From Phoronis australis (lineage: Eukaryota; Animalia; Phoronida): DNA of 58,001 bases. Below are positions 23,766-37,117 of the stretch, in pieces. The notes beneath the pieces were generated by a model. That model was not told the origin of the DNA and did no database searches. It was given only the letters and a program-made list of their open reading frames with translations. Position 1 is the first letter of the stretch. Every line of letters starts with the position of its first letter. Location of the stretch: positions 596,489-654,489 of the forward strand of contig NMRA01000165.1 in assembly GCA_002633005.1 (NCBI GenBank), in the 5' to 3' direction. A program made the position numbers and the translations under genes.

Positions 23766-26700
23766 GGTTTCCCGCCAAAATGTTATTTCACGCCGTTAGA
23801 TAACAAAGTGGGTTAATAAACAGTTGTATTGGTCAGTCGAGGCTGATATCATGGTATAAAATGCATTATAATAACAGAGACTATTGTTCACTGGGTAATC
23901 AGCTCAAGTGACTCTCGCGCGGTGGTTGTGTTTAAATCACGTGTAAAATGTAGGAATACTTTTAGGGCTATAATTCAGGATGGACTAGTGAATGGCACGG
24001 CTTTACAATAGCAATATACTCCTACATTCTCTACAGTCAGCTGCACTAAATCTCTTGTCATTACTGACCAGAGCTGTTTAATATGTGTTTATCCATTTTA
24101 TAGTTTTCTGCTTTTATGTATTACAATTTTCTCAACCAATGGGAGAACTTTCTCACATTCAATGAATAAGTAAATAATTGATGTCATTAACGGTAATAAA
24201 TTTACGCACGTGATTTACGTGCGTAACGTTCACCCATTTTGCCAACGATGGCCTGCAGGCCTTTTGCGTATCTCAACACATTATTGCGAAACGACTTTTT
24301 GAGAAACATTACGTAGCACTTACCCTTGGTGTTTATGATTTTTCGAATTATTTTTATTACTTTGACCTATTCCGATAACGATGTCGCTCTCTCTGTGTCA
24401 CATTTTAATGAGCGACTAGCCATGTCAACAGTGTTACACGTAGTCATGTGGGTCTAGTCGAATAACATCACGTTTTTAGATTTTTAAACCATAGCAGCTG
24501 TCAATACATCTTACGTCACAAGAAAACAACGTTTGATTCAGACCACGAACAGCAAACTGAAATGGCATTAATCTGAGGCTTTGTAAGTTGGTTTGTGACG
24601 GTTTGTCATTTTATGTGTCGAGCATTAACCTAACGAAAAACGAACTGTAAATTCACTGCAAACCCTGAAATCGATTCTGGTCTGAGCAGGAAACAAATTG
24701 AGGCCAATTTTATAGCGGTGTGTGGTCATAATCAAAATTTCGATTCTTGGACCGAAAGATGGCCAAAATACGAGTATAATGATTAAGAATGAAAAACAAA
24801 TGTATACCTGAATGACATCAGCTCACATGGCATTTAGTAGTACAGTCGTTATTCACATACTTGTCAAAACAAAAGGGATAGGACATTCTTCGAAATTTGG
24901 GTTTGTACAGAGCTTAACTTTCGCTGTTCACAGATGACGTAACCCGTCTGTAAAAGTATTGACAGAGTAGAAAGGAAAGTTCAAAATCTTGATCCCGACG
25001 AAAATCGATGGTATCTTGGGAAGCGCACCAGCGAAATTCTTAATGACATGCAGCACCATGTAGTCGTGACTCGATTTTCACCACTCTTAGCCTTAAAACT
25101 GCATTTGATTAACTTCGCCGGTTCTGCCCGGTCGGCTAAGACGCCCGATACTTTTGTAACGGCGCCACCTATGTAGAAAAATGGCCCAGGTATTCAGTGA
25201 CAGTAAACCAATAAACTCGAGGATTGCTGAAATCCGTATATGTGGGCATTATTGTGCATGCCTTGGTATAAAAGTCGGTTGTATACATATATTACGAGAA
25301 TGAGCCGGAAAAATATAATGAATTGCTATTTAGTTTCATTTGACAACTTGTAATCTTGCATGTATTAAAAACAACGAACTTCCGTGGAATGTACAGTAGG
25401 CCTGTTGAGTTCACGTATTCTTGTGGTGCCAGCAACCATATACACTCTTTCTCATTGCTTCGTGAGTTAGCACTGTGTATTGATCATGTAACATGGCTTC
25501 TCATTGGTTAAAAGAACGATGTAATATTCAAACATTCCGTTTGATTCATGTTGAGAAATGGCCAAAGACCACAGTACAGGTCCTTGTAGCTCCCCAAAAA
25601 ATAATAAAAAGGGGTGGGTCGGGTGTGCCGGTAGTTTTGTTGACTAAATGGGAAGTGATTGCCACAAATGGTATTCAATAGTTCCTTGAGGTTGTTTTGA
25701 GTAAATTGAGTCCAGAAATTTGGCCTGTGCTCCTGTCTACTAGGATACGGAAGTGCCGCCATTTTGAGAGCTGAGTCTTGACTTTTTGGCTTGAATCCAG
25801 TTACCCTTAAGACAAATAAAAATTGTGAGAATCTGGTTGGTAATGGCATATTTCAACATACGTTTCTGGAATCTAAAGTGAAAAAACATACGGATGTTGG
25901 TCTCTCTTCATGCACCTGGGCAGTCGTGAATTTGTGATTTTAGGTAAAAATATGGCAAAAAACGCACTTTTGGTCATTTTTGGCATCTCGATTTTTTTCA
26001 CTGTGGATGTATCAATGTAAAAAGAATGGATTTGTAGAGTTTTTTCATTTTTGAGAAAATCAGAGTGTACTTTCTGTCAGTTATGCCTTTTTTAAAGGTG
26101 TTCGGGATAGCTGTGCAAACAGAGTTTTGATTGGCCCAGGCCAGTGGTCAAAATCAGCCACTGGGGTACTGTGGTCTTAGTCCAATGCATCAATATACTG
26201 CTCTAGTCGTTGGGGAATGCCTTTGTGGCATACTGTTGCTTCCAGCATCCACAAAAACATACTAAATCTAGGCATACCAAACAAGTTCGTGTTTTTGACA
26301 TACACAAGATAGCCTTGAAGGCGTCAAACAAAACAGCAAAAGCATTCACTGTTTTTTTTTTCGTTTAAAGGCAATTCTTAATTGCTATTTTATGTCATCA
26401 GCGAATTTGGGGATGTCTTTCGAAGCTAAATGGTTGTATTTTTTAACTCTAGCGCTCGCAGACAGGCTAGATATTCGGTTTGCCAAGCCAAAGTCGCTCA
26501 GCACCATTCCTCCATAGACCCCTAAACACCACATTATCGACACCGATTGTGTGGATAGGCCTCTTATGGGGCCGGGTTTGTTGACAGCGAGCACACTGGC
26601 TTTTCACTCTCCTGATCTTGTCTTTCTGGCAAGAAATAGGTCTACAGAACGCTGTAGAGGTATATGCGCAATCAGAAGCTGATTTTACAGTGCGTGCTTA

Positions 26701-27851
26701 CAACTTCTCGCAGCCGAAAACGTCCCGGTAGCAAAATCTCTCCACCTTCACAGCTCCGGTCACGTTCAACGAGGAAGAATAAAATTGGTTTGATTGACAA
26801 CGAAGAAAACTACCCATTATTATCTAAAGAACGAAATGAACGATATCGCTTAAAATAACGTTAGCGACATGACACGTAAAGTATATGTTTTGATTATTGC
26901 TAAATTTGTTACAATGGCAGACAGTGATTTGACTAATCAGAGACGAAAAGTGGTTAGAAAATTGTAGAATTCGTTTATAACGTCGAGCGATGCGTAGGAG
27001 AAAGGTCACTTTTCAATGGAAAGAGCAATATACTGCTGCATTTTTCAACAACATCGAATCGAAAGGTTTGTGTGTTACATTGCTCTGTTAATCAGTGAGA
27101 CGCCTTGCTAACCAATTCCCAGCGTTACCTCTCGTAACACAAAGGAAAGAGACTCTAAGACATCTCAGTGGTCTGTAAGCCGCATGTCGTCACCGAAAAC
27201 CAACCATGAGATGCTTTAGACACCGAGTTTGCGAATTGAATCAAGCGGTCATGCGAAAGGACGCTGTGCAGCAACGCTAGAAACACCGAACTTCACTAAA
27301 GACTCTAAAAAATAAAACCTCGTTAAGATGCCTTGGCTACTTTATTGAAGTGTTCACGTTGTACGTGTTCGTAACTGAGTGCGTGTTTCTAACTTCTACA
27401 CAAAAAAGAAAGTGCATAAAAACTACAACATAAAACACTTAAAGGTCAGCTGACGTCGACATCTGGATAAAAACGAAGATCGACTAACGCTTTTCATTCT
27501 CTCATGAATCCGGTCTCACAATATTCCCTTGCCGTGATGGAGATCTACTTCCGTAACCAACTCAGCTAACATGCAATGTGTACGTGTAACATTTTCTAAT
27601 TCGCGATTTTAGGGTTAGCCAACTGCAATAAATTCCAATGCACTTTATTGAACCACTGATGGTTTCGATGTCCTTGTTAGTAACGGAAATAGAGTCCTAT
27701 AATTGAAAGGAAAGTTATTGGACCGATTTTGTGGGAGTTTATGGCCTAATTCAATTTCTTTTTTAGCCAGCGAAACGACCTGGCGTCTACGAAATTGACA
27801 TTCATTTCCGTAACCACAGTACATGTTTCTGTGTGCTTGCCATTTCACCAG

Positions 27852-28020
27852 GTCAAGAATGGTGCACTGAAGGAATGCGTGTCATCGCTGATATAATAAA
27901 TGGCGTGATGTGGGAAGTTGGTGCTGTCCTGTTGGGACTGGCCGCTTTCGGAACGCGTGATTGGCGGCACGTCCAACTAGCCATCTCTGCTCCAATGTTG
28001 ATTTTTGTTCTGTTCCAGTG
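27852..28020 (+). CDS. SLC22 paralogue 2, exon 4
   Basis: Boundaries ttcaccag|GTCAAG ... CAGTG|gtaaga; 169 bp. Encodes QEWCTEGMRVIADIINGVMWEVGAVLLGLAAFGTRDWRHVQLAISAPMLIFVLFQW. Confidence 0.93.
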
Positions 28021-28702
28021 GTAAGAACCCTTCAGTTATAGTCATGCTTTTGTTGAAGTCTGTGCTTCGAAAAAAAAATACCCTTCACTCGGGTTTGTTG
28101 AAGACCTCGAGAAGTAAGTAGAACTAGAAGAGCGCTAAAATGCTTTTAAAATTAGTACGATGCTGTGTAAATGTCGGGCACCATCTGAATTGTAGCAAAC
28201 TGCGAAGAATGTTTTACTTCGAGATGTCACGTTTAGCTAGAAAACTCTTCAAAAGCTGCTCAAATATTGGCGTAAATATCTACTTTACTTAGAAATACAA
28301 AATCTTCATGATCGAGCGGTCAAGCGACGAATGCAAACTCTTGTGTTGACACTGNTTAATCTTAGAAATTCAGAGCGTATGCCCATGACTCACTCAACAT
28401 CTAATTGGCTAACAAAAATATCTTAGAAGTTGTCATCAAAGTACAATTCACCCATAATTAATGTTGATGTATACATTGAAAGTGTGAGACCTAACAATTG
28501 ATGTCTTACGAATTATTTTCCTAGAAAGAAAATATTTTTCACAAAGTTGATCAAAATATTCTCTGATTATAAACCCACTGTACTTTATCAAAATGGAGTT
28601 GATTGAGTCACAGTTACTAGTATGTGACTTGCAGTCTTCTTGTCTCAATGTACCCACTTGTAGCTCAGTGGAAACCGATTCTGCATTCTGGAACATAACA
28701 CA

Positions 28703-28820
28703 CATGGACGGTGCACCATAGGGGGCTGGGAGGGCTATAGCCCCCACTTTTTTCAGTGCTCCGGCGCCCATGGTCTATGGGCGGTGTACCCCAGGGGTGA
28801 TGGGGGCTGCGCCGCCCATG
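28703..28820. mobile_element. Dimeric CATGGGCGG MITE
   Basis: Same family as 48012-48155. Termini catggacggtgca / tgcgccgcccatg; flanks acaca/acata (4 of 5 match). Confidence 0.75.
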
Positions 28821-28989
28821 ACATATATGACAGTTTGTCTTTGATTTTGCAAACATTGACTATCATGATCTTAACTGATTGTCTTTTATATTTTGAAACT
28901 TTAAGGTTTTGTTTTGTGATATTATTTTAAGAATGAGTCCTCATGCAGCGGACAAGCTTACTTAATAATAACATTATTTGGCTTTCTCA

Positions 28990-31900
28990 TCAGATCACTG
29001 TCAAGCCTCAGCAGAGTTTATTCATGAAGACCATGGGCATTTTCAGTGTTGTTGCCTTACTCGAAGGGAAGTAAGCAGTAAGAATTTCGTCCTGATGTGC
29101 CACCACTCCGTTCATGTAGGAGGATACCCAGCCGTACCAGGCCTCATCCCTGTGAAAGTCATAAAGAAAGATCTCTGCACACACATAGAGAAAGTTAACA
29201 AGTATGTAGTTCAAGGGGCTTTGCAACCCATGTTTGGTGTTACAAATGATTTTTTTTTTTCATCGACTTTTTGCTGTGAAATTAGTCTTTCACTCACCTT
29301 ACTAGAGCTTTAGAAAGGATATCACAGTAAATGAGAGTGGTCTTTGAAATTGTAGTAAGACTTGTTGCAGATACGAATGTTAAATCTGTGCCCTCTAACA
29401 AACATGCATATTCGCTGGCTGTAACAAGTGACATGCTTGAAAAAAGAACAGAAAAAGTAAAATTGGGACCACCCCCACCAATGCCTAATTAGTTTTTTTG
29501 GTCATTTTTAGAGTCCAAATTAGGAAATACGAATGCAAATTTTCAAATATAAGTCAGATTTTAAAGGGAACTGTTTCTCCTGTATGCTGCGCTGGGTTGT
29601 CATTTCATCTGAAAAGCAACATGTAGGGTTTCTAGTCAATAACAAAGTTTCAGATCTCCCTAGCTTAGTAGTTTTAACTACTAAGAATTAAAATTCTGAC
29701 ATTGTGAGGAAGAAGCAGCAAGTGGTTTAATTTTCAGTTTGTAACTTTGAACCTAATGGGGTTTTATGCAATGCCTAAAATTGGCGGTGAAATCTATATA
29801 TTGTATACAGAGAACAGCAGTGTGTTGTGACCAAGCTGTTTAACGGAAAATGTTGAATGTTATAGGCATTAAATTGAGGCTCTGACAAAACATTTACCAG
29901 TTCAGTAATGTCATTACTACTGTGTAAAGTAAGTACCTGAAAACACATTAACATAGTTTTAATTGCTGGAGTTTCTATTTCAGATGCATCATCCACAAAA
30001 CATCTTGGATTCCATTCTTCATTGTGCTGTCTCAGGACCGATAGAGCCTTCTGCAAGGATGCCATGTTTTCATTTTCGACTTCCAGGCATCACTTCATAT
30101 CCAGCATTTGTCGTGACACATACTAAAAACAGAGGATGGGCATACAAAGTAGTCTGGTGTTTATAATAGAATTATTGAAATGTAGTAGGGTGTATAATCC
30201 GTAAGTCTTGTTTATGGATGACATTTACCATATGGTGTGCTTAAAGGTTATGTCGTACTTTATTGACAAGTCTGCACATTAAGTCAAATATTTACAAAAC
30301 TGTAGAATTTTACTTCGTGTGTTTATAACATAATGTTCAAGGTAAATCTCAAAAATGCTGTTACAGTTTGCTAAATTACCGTCTCATTTTTGTTTTATGC
30401 AATGTAAAAAATTCATGAAATTTATGCAATTCCTGCTTTCTGGTAGGCCCTCACGCAAATGTGGAACATTTTAAAAAATCATTTCTAACGGCATGTTGGG
30501 GATTAGTTTATAAAGTATATTCTGTAAAAGTTTCACGTGAATCCAATCAGCATCTTGTAAGATGTCTCAAGGATGGACAAAATTGGACATTTTGATAGGG
30601 TCCTACATAATCAAAATGCTTTATGATTATTACGTATTGAGCATCATTAACATTACCTCTGACAATTATGTCTTGCAGTGCTTGATTTAGTGAACTACAG
30701 ATTGTGTTTGGTCACCTGGGAAAAATCCCAAGTCGCCATGAAGTCACCACTGCGAGTATCAAAGTCAGACAATTCCCTCGAAATTTGTTTCAAAGTTTGT
30801 GTTGACTCCTAAATTTTAAGTTACTAACAGTTTTCTTAGATTTGATACCTTTGTTTACAAGTGTTTTGTTTATTTCATGAAATTGGTGCATTTGCCACCA
30901 CCGACAGCAGTTAGCACTTGTCAAACTTGCATTAAAATTACATCAGGAAGTACACAGGTGGAAGTTGGCGATAATCATGCATGATGAGTGAAACTAGCTC
31001 CTAAAGTGTATATGATCACCTACATTCTGAGTATGCGACGTAAGTTCCCAAGAACGGAGTATAGCATAACCTTTTTAGCCAACTATTCTGATGACAAACA
31101 TCAATTTTGGACGACGTCAGATTTCCTTTGGCGACCTGGGATTTTCAGCAAGTAGCCAAATGCGACTTGGCTTCAAGCTAAGTGTTGAGCATCGTCTTAC
31201 AATGCCGGCAATATCCAAAGATTGGTGAAGTATGATCATTTTTGCAAACCTAATAAATTCATGGTTCTTTATTGAGAATATTTTGAAAGTGATGAGCAGC
31301 AGGGGACGCTCCTGCAATTGAAATCATTATTACCTTGTCCATGACATGAGCTGAATGTTACTCTGATATTGGCAGATCAACAAATATATATTTTTCAACA
31401 CATACTTGCTCCTAGTTAGGAAACATCAAGTCATTGTGAAGTGTCTCTGACATCTTTTCTCTGTGATATAATATGCATTGTGTTCGAAACGGTAGTTGGA
31501 TAAAAGATGACTATGGAAAATGTAGCTAGTGAATCTGTTTTACCATTACCATAACTAGGTGTGATATCAAGTTAAAATCAGAAACTTCAGACTAAAGCAA
31601 ACCACATTTGTACTGGCTGAAGTAATCGCTTAAAAGCACACAATGCATATTCTTAAAAAACATTCATTTTGGTTTGTGTTTTTAGAGTATGTCTCAGTAC
31701 TGAGTGCTATGAACTTTCACAATTTTGACATGGGTTTAAACTGCCCTGTGGCTGAATGAAATTCAGTGTTTGATCATTGAGGCTAACTTCATTTAGTGTA
31801 CTTAGAAATGTGTTTTGATTTGACTTGACATTACCTAATTAACACTACATAGGACTTTAGTTATACTTGGTTGCTATGCTCATCTTGTACCCTGGAAAAG

Positions 31901-33650
31901 CAACAACTTCTTGCATGCATATTGATTCTTCACATCTTTGTTTTTTTCCCATCCAGTGACTTGCTTGATCTGTACATTTTGTCTGTATGCGTGTTCAATC
32001 TGTAATACCTGTAGAATGAGCTCTAGATTTAGTGATGAGGAAACAAGTAAGAATATCAAACTAATCATGATGCTGTTTTACATTTGAATCTCACTTTAAC
32101 AACATGATTGTACTTCAGCGTCATCACCTACTTCACTTAAAATGTATTACAAAGTGTCACAAAGACTTGTATAATNGAGACTTGATGATACTCCATTACT
32201 TTTGAACCCATTAAGGTTATCTTAGAACTGTTTTCCGTTGCCCATCATCTTCAGTTCTGACTGTAAAGTTACTGTGGTTGTCTGAAAGAGAATATACATT
32301 TTAGTAACAGTTCAGTTTTTTCACCGAAATGGTAAATTTGCTGTTTTGCATTGTATTAGGTTATGATTAACTGTCAGGCAAAGTAGAAAAATACATCCTA
32401 CAGCATACAAAATTGATCCATGTGTGTAACCTTTTTTAGGTTCTGACAGCCAGGGTAGTTTAACTTGGAAACAGGGATTTCTTTAATTAACAGTCTTGGA
32501 CTGGGGCACTTATGCAAACCTGTATGGCTGCCATGATGGGGCCACTAGCAACACAAATCAGCACAAAACTATCGGTACTTATCAACCCAAAAATACACCA
32601 GCAATGCAATGTAAGAAACACCAATATAGCAAAATAGTGTGCACAGTTATTGGTGCCAACAAAACAAAATTAATAGAACTCGCTGTTGGACATTATAATC
32701 TGTATCTGATCTGGAGAGAAAGTGAATACTGACTTTGAGTACTGAGCTAAGTGGATAGTGTTATTAACAACAAATGTCTAGTTGTGACGAAATCTTTGGT
32801 ATGAGTTTTAACACTACCAAAGAATAATTGCATGTATTCCAACTCACCTTCACGAGTTCATATAGGCCAAATTTCCAATTGCTCTTTAACAGCCGTGTAG
32901 TTGACTGACATCTCCACTTCAAAATCTTTTACTGCATGGGTTTGATGCTGCCTCATGATTTTCTACAAAGCCATGGATACCCCTGCGTTTTTTTGAAATA
33001 CTTCACCCACTCTTTGTTTCTGTGGAGACACTTCGACAAATGCTCATATTTTCTTTGCTTGCCTNCAGGGATTTCTTTAATTAACAGTCTTGGACTGGGG
33101 CACTTATGCAAACCTGTATGGCTGCCATCATGGGCCACTAGTAACACAAATCAGCACAAAACTATCGGTACTTATCAACCCAAAAATACACCAACAATGC
33201 AATGTAAGAAACACCAATATAACAAAATAGTGTGCACAGTTATTGGTACCAACAAAAAAAAATTAATAGAACTCACTGTTGGACATTATAATCTGTATCT
33301 GATCTGGAGAGAAAGTGAATACTGACTGTGAGTACTGAGCTAAGTGGATAGTGTTATTACCAACAAATGTCGAGTTGTGACGAAATCTTTGGTATGAGTT
33401 TTAACACTACCAAAGAATAATTGCATTTATTCCAACTCACCTTCACGAGTTCATATAGGCCAAATTTCCAATTGCTCTTTAACAGCCGTGTAGTTTACTG
33501 ACATCTCCACTTCAAAATCTTTTACTGGGTTTGATGCTGCCTCATGATTTTCTACAAAGCCATGGATACCCCTGTTTTTTGAAATACTTCACCCACTCTT
33601 TGTTTCTGTGGAGACACTTCGACAAATGCTCATATTTTCTTTGCTTGCCT
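28990..33650 (-). pseudogene. Decayed multi-exon Mutator-like (MULE/MuDR) transposase gene
   Basis: Minus-strand pieces in colinear order: GIHGFVENHEAASNPVKDFEVEMSVNY (~33575-33485), CEESICMQEVVAFPGYK (~31935-31883), HQTTLYAHPLFLVCVTTNAGYEV/VENENMASLQKALSVLRQHNEEWNPRCFVDDASEIE (~30160-29940) and EIFLYDFHRDEAWYGW (~29175). These match the MULE-domain pattern LPLF...TN.GY...W.P..F..D and the CxFH motif. GT/AG-like splice sites at ~29936 and ~29175. Confidence 0.72.
32472..33650. repeat. ~590-bp tandem duplication joined at an n (possible haplotype/assembly artefact)
   Basis: 32472-33064 and 33066-33650 are highly similar and separated by a single n at 33065. Confidence 0.9.
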
Positions 33651-34073
33651 GTGTGGTATGTGGGGAGAGCAGAGGGCCCCACTTTTCCAGACACTAAAAA
33701 ATCTGACAATGTTTACAAAAAATATTCAGATCTTCTTCAATTTTTTTCTAAGTGGATGTAAAATGGAGCTTGACCTAAATGAAAATAAGGTTTTATTCGA
33801 AATAGTTTCAAAATCCGTTTTAATATTAAATCTCTGTGTGAGTCCGTGTGAGTAAACTCTTTGTGTGAGTAGATAAATTGTATACATGTGAATTTATTTA
33901 TTGTGAATGAAAATGATTTATTTAAATTCATTACCATCATGTCATTGTAATCTTAACATTTTATTCATGTATTTGTGTATATTTTTTATATTTCTTTATA
34001 TATAAGCCTGTTGGCACTTTCTGTGACAATTTCATAATAAACATTAAAAAATTCTTTTTCTGCAGTTTCATCT

Positions 34074-34406
34074 NNNNNNNNNNNNNNNNNNNNNNNNNNN
34101 NNNNNNNNNNNNNNNNNNNNNNNNNNNNNNNNNNNNNNNNNNNNNNNNNNNNNNNNNNNNNNNNNNNNNNNNNNNNNNNNNNNNNNNNNNNNNNNNNNNN
34201 NNNNNNNNNNNNNNNNNNNNNNNNNNNNNNNNNNNNNNNNNNNNNNNNNNNNNNNNNNNNNNNNNNNNNNNNNNNNNNNNNNNNNNNNNNNNNNNNNNNN
34301 NNNNNNNNNNNNNNNNNNNNNNNNNNNNNNNNNNNNNNNNNNNNNNNNNNNNNNNNNNNNNNNNNNNNNNNNNNNNNNNNNNNNNNNNNNNNNNNNNNNN
34401 NNNNNN
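34074..34406. other. Assembly gap
   Basis: Run of n. Confidence 1.
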
Positions 34407-35540
34407 CAAAGAAAAACTTTTAAATTGAAAACTAGCATAGTTAAATTATTGCAGTGGTGTATCCACACATGCCATAACATAGTACAGTGAAGTGGAATAA
34501 AGTGTCATTGCTAAAACAAAGACCATTCGTTTATTCAATAACTTTAAATGGAAGTCTATATAGATGTGTTTCAAACAGTATGCGTTATCATTTTACTCAA
34601 AAAAGAATGTGACATTCATACTAGGGATGCCAATGTCGACTAAGTCCAAAAATTATAACAAGGAGGTAAAGATTTCAGCAGCAACGTCTAGTCTTCCACG
34701 AAGCCGACAGTCTGAATAAGGACAATAAAGTGTGTTGGTAAAACGACTCGCATTTTTATCATACATATTCCTGACAGTCGAGCCTTTGTTTCTCTCAATC
34801 TCCTTGCACAACGTTCATAGTCAATACCCTCGGAATGTTAGTCAGAATTCGACGTCAAAAAGTCGGTACATCCAAAATTTTACACGACCAGAAATTGAGA
34901 TTTCTTGCAGAATTGCAAAACATTCGAGTCCACGACCACAACTACGTCCACCATCTTGAATGTCTAATTAGGTATAATAAACAAACAGATTCACGTGCGC
35001 TTTTCCATTTATTTGGACGGGAGAGCAAGTAGAAATGAATTTCAATAGATATCGACTGGATTGTCGAACGTTAGCAACTATGTCATTTTCAAGATTGTCA
35101 CAGGTCCATTCTTCCTGTTCATAAAAACAATCTATTCTCAAGTTTGAAGCGAATTGTAAAAATGCTGATGTCCGATGTTGTCGGCAACTTGTTGGTACTT
35201 TGACTTGTTGATTCTAGGAACCTGGTTCCCAGATTGATTGAAAGGGTCGGCACTGTTCATTAACTGCACGGGTATTTGCGCTTCGACGACTTGCCGCGTT
35301 ATCACCACAGTCTGTATCTATAGCTGGATTATTTGTCGTACCAGCATCTGAATCAATGTCTGTCTCTGGAACATCTCTCGGTTTGTAAAATAATCCTCGA
35401 ATTCTTTAGGTTTTTGCGCGGCAGACGACATGATTAAGTATGTAGAATGCGCATGTCAATAATGACGAAAACCGCAGATGACACTGGCTGTGCAAAATCC
35501 CGGAATTACTCCCCCGGAAACCCAAATTTCGGGGACAGAC

Positions 35541-36536
35541 CATAGGCGGATTTAGGGGGGGGCCGAGGGGGCCCGGCCCCCCCCCCTTTGGCTGCCGCAA
35601 ACTAGAAAAAATAAAACAGTAAGAGCGCAGGGAAATGTTGAGTTTATTAATTAACCCCGGTAATTAAAATTATGCGGATGAAAAAAGATTTAAATGTGTG
35701 CAGTTTTAGTGTTGGGGGGAGGGCTCAAATCCAATTTCAAGTGTCAAATTCCAAACACGGTGCATTCGTAACGGAACTATGGCTAAGTATAGGCTCTCCC
35801 GCGATATCCCAGGCGACCGGCAGTGGCGCTGCGCACTACGATTCCTTTTCCGTCGTCTGCTCCACTGTGCAATGAAGAAAATTTCCTTCATTTTTTAAAG
35901 AAATGGAACCTGAGTGACGATGAAAAAACAGAGGCTGCTGGTAAGATGTGAATTTTAATCGAAGCCTTAGTGAATCACTCAGAAACTCGCAATATTCTCT
36001 TTGTCAAACCTTATCTTAGGACGATTTCTAAAGCAATCCCGTCATTATTGCCAACACGAAAGACGGATTTGGTCTTTTGGGCATTGAAGACTATTTTAAA
36101 TACGACAAATTTGTTAAAAATTGATAGCACAAAATATGAAACGTGTAATAAGCATTACAAAAACAAGTAGGTTTCGCGCGCAAACGCTGTGGACCATAAA
36201 CGAGTAGGTCTCTTAATATAACGTCAGTAGTTTGTTCGTGGTGGTGTAGTGGTAATGCTCGCGAGCTTTAACCGCCAGGTCGTGAGTTCGAATCTTCGGA
36301 ATTCGCAGCTTTTCCTGTTTGACACGCTCTCCCTTTTTTATTTTTTGGCTTTTTTTTCTTGGATAATACTTCAGGAATCAAGGAAAATGCTTGATTTTTT
36401 TAGGTAAAAACAGAAAAATTTCCTGACCTCCCCCCATTCGATGCTATGCACATCTACAATTGTAGTTCACTTTACACAAATGCTTGCAGCCGGACAAAAT
36501 GTTGGCCCCCCTTGTGATATTCTAGATCCGCCACTG
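35541..36536. mobile_element. ~1-kb non-autonomous DNA element of the GGCGGAT terminal family, 5-bp TSD
   Basis: Termini cataggcggatttag / ctagatccgccactg. TSD cagac (35536-35540, 36537-36541). Confidence 0.8.
36234..36300 (+). mobile_element. tRNA-like Pol III promoter module inside the 35541-36536 element
   Basis: A box tggtgtagtgg and B box gagttcgaatc. No acceptor stem. Confidence 0.5.
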
Positions 36537-36819
36537 CAGACACAGTGAAGACTTGGTACGGCTTGCCAGTTTTTCACGGGGTGCAATCATAAATATTGGA
36601 TCACCCAAAGAAAATCGTCGAAAGCGTTTTTATTCATATGTACGTTGAGCTGCTGGTAACACCGGTCTGTGTCACGGGGCGCGCGGAATATTGAAAAATG
36701 ATTTTTTTGTGCATTAAATTCATCATTTCTGAAATTACTGATGGCCTATTTCTTTGAACAGTCAGCCGTTAATATTAAGAGAAGTGGTAATCATTTCATG
36801 CTTTTTAAATTTTGCCAAC

Positions 36820-36963
36820 TGTTGTATTATCTATGTTCACCACTAGGTGACGCTCCCGGCATTCCCGTCTCTTATCACCGGAATTCGAATAAACAATCAC
36901 TGTTCTCATCCTCACCTTGTGTTACTTGATTTATAGTCAAACTACCCACAAAATAACTCAACA
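36820..36963 (+). repeat. 5' LTR of Gypsy element 1
   Basis: TGTTG...CAACA with AATAAA; 4 differences from the 3' LTR. Confidence 0.96.
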
Positions 36964-36982
36964 TGGTGGCAACGGTAGGATT
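36964..36982 (+). promoter_or_regulatory. Primer-binding site, tRNA-Leu-like
   Basis: tggtggcaacggtaggatt directly follows the LTR. It is near-complementary (2 mismatches) to the tRNA-Leu 3' end AATCCCACCGCTGCCACCA. Confidence 0.8.
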
Positions 36983-37117
36983 ATAGAACACTCAAGTAAC
37001 TATTAAAAGTGATTTTAAAACATTTGACTGTCTAGGTTATCGTGAATTTGTGCCAACCTCACCCGTGACCTCACCTCGCCGTCACCGCCTGCGCACAAAT
37101 TGACAATAACAACCAAA

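Larger units (their letters stand above)
22382..24261. mobile_element. Old TIR-bounded non-autonomous DNA element
   Basis: Left gctatcattgacaagataggtgaacattacgcacgtaa is an inverted match to right ttacgtgcgtaacgttcacccattttgccaacgatggc. Exact ends and TSD are unresolved. Confidence 0.55.

Noticed and set aside
25080-26185. piggyBac-like MITE suggested by the subterminal palindrome ccagtggtcaaaatcagccactgg
   Set aside because: No matching opposite terminus or TTAA pair could be established.
32472-33650. Tandem duplication with apparent repeated ORFs (32496..32732, 32936..33325, 33531..33761)
   Set aside because: The join falls exactly on an n, typical of unmerged haplotype overlap. The + strand ORFs are antisense shadows of the MULE relic.
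33986-34480. ORFs spanning the N run
   Set aside because: Artefacts of the assembly gap.
35217-35262. Candidate exon 5 of paralogue 2 (ag|G NLVPRLIERVG)
   Set aside because: Lacks the SPRW motif, hits a stop after 14 codons and has no donor site.
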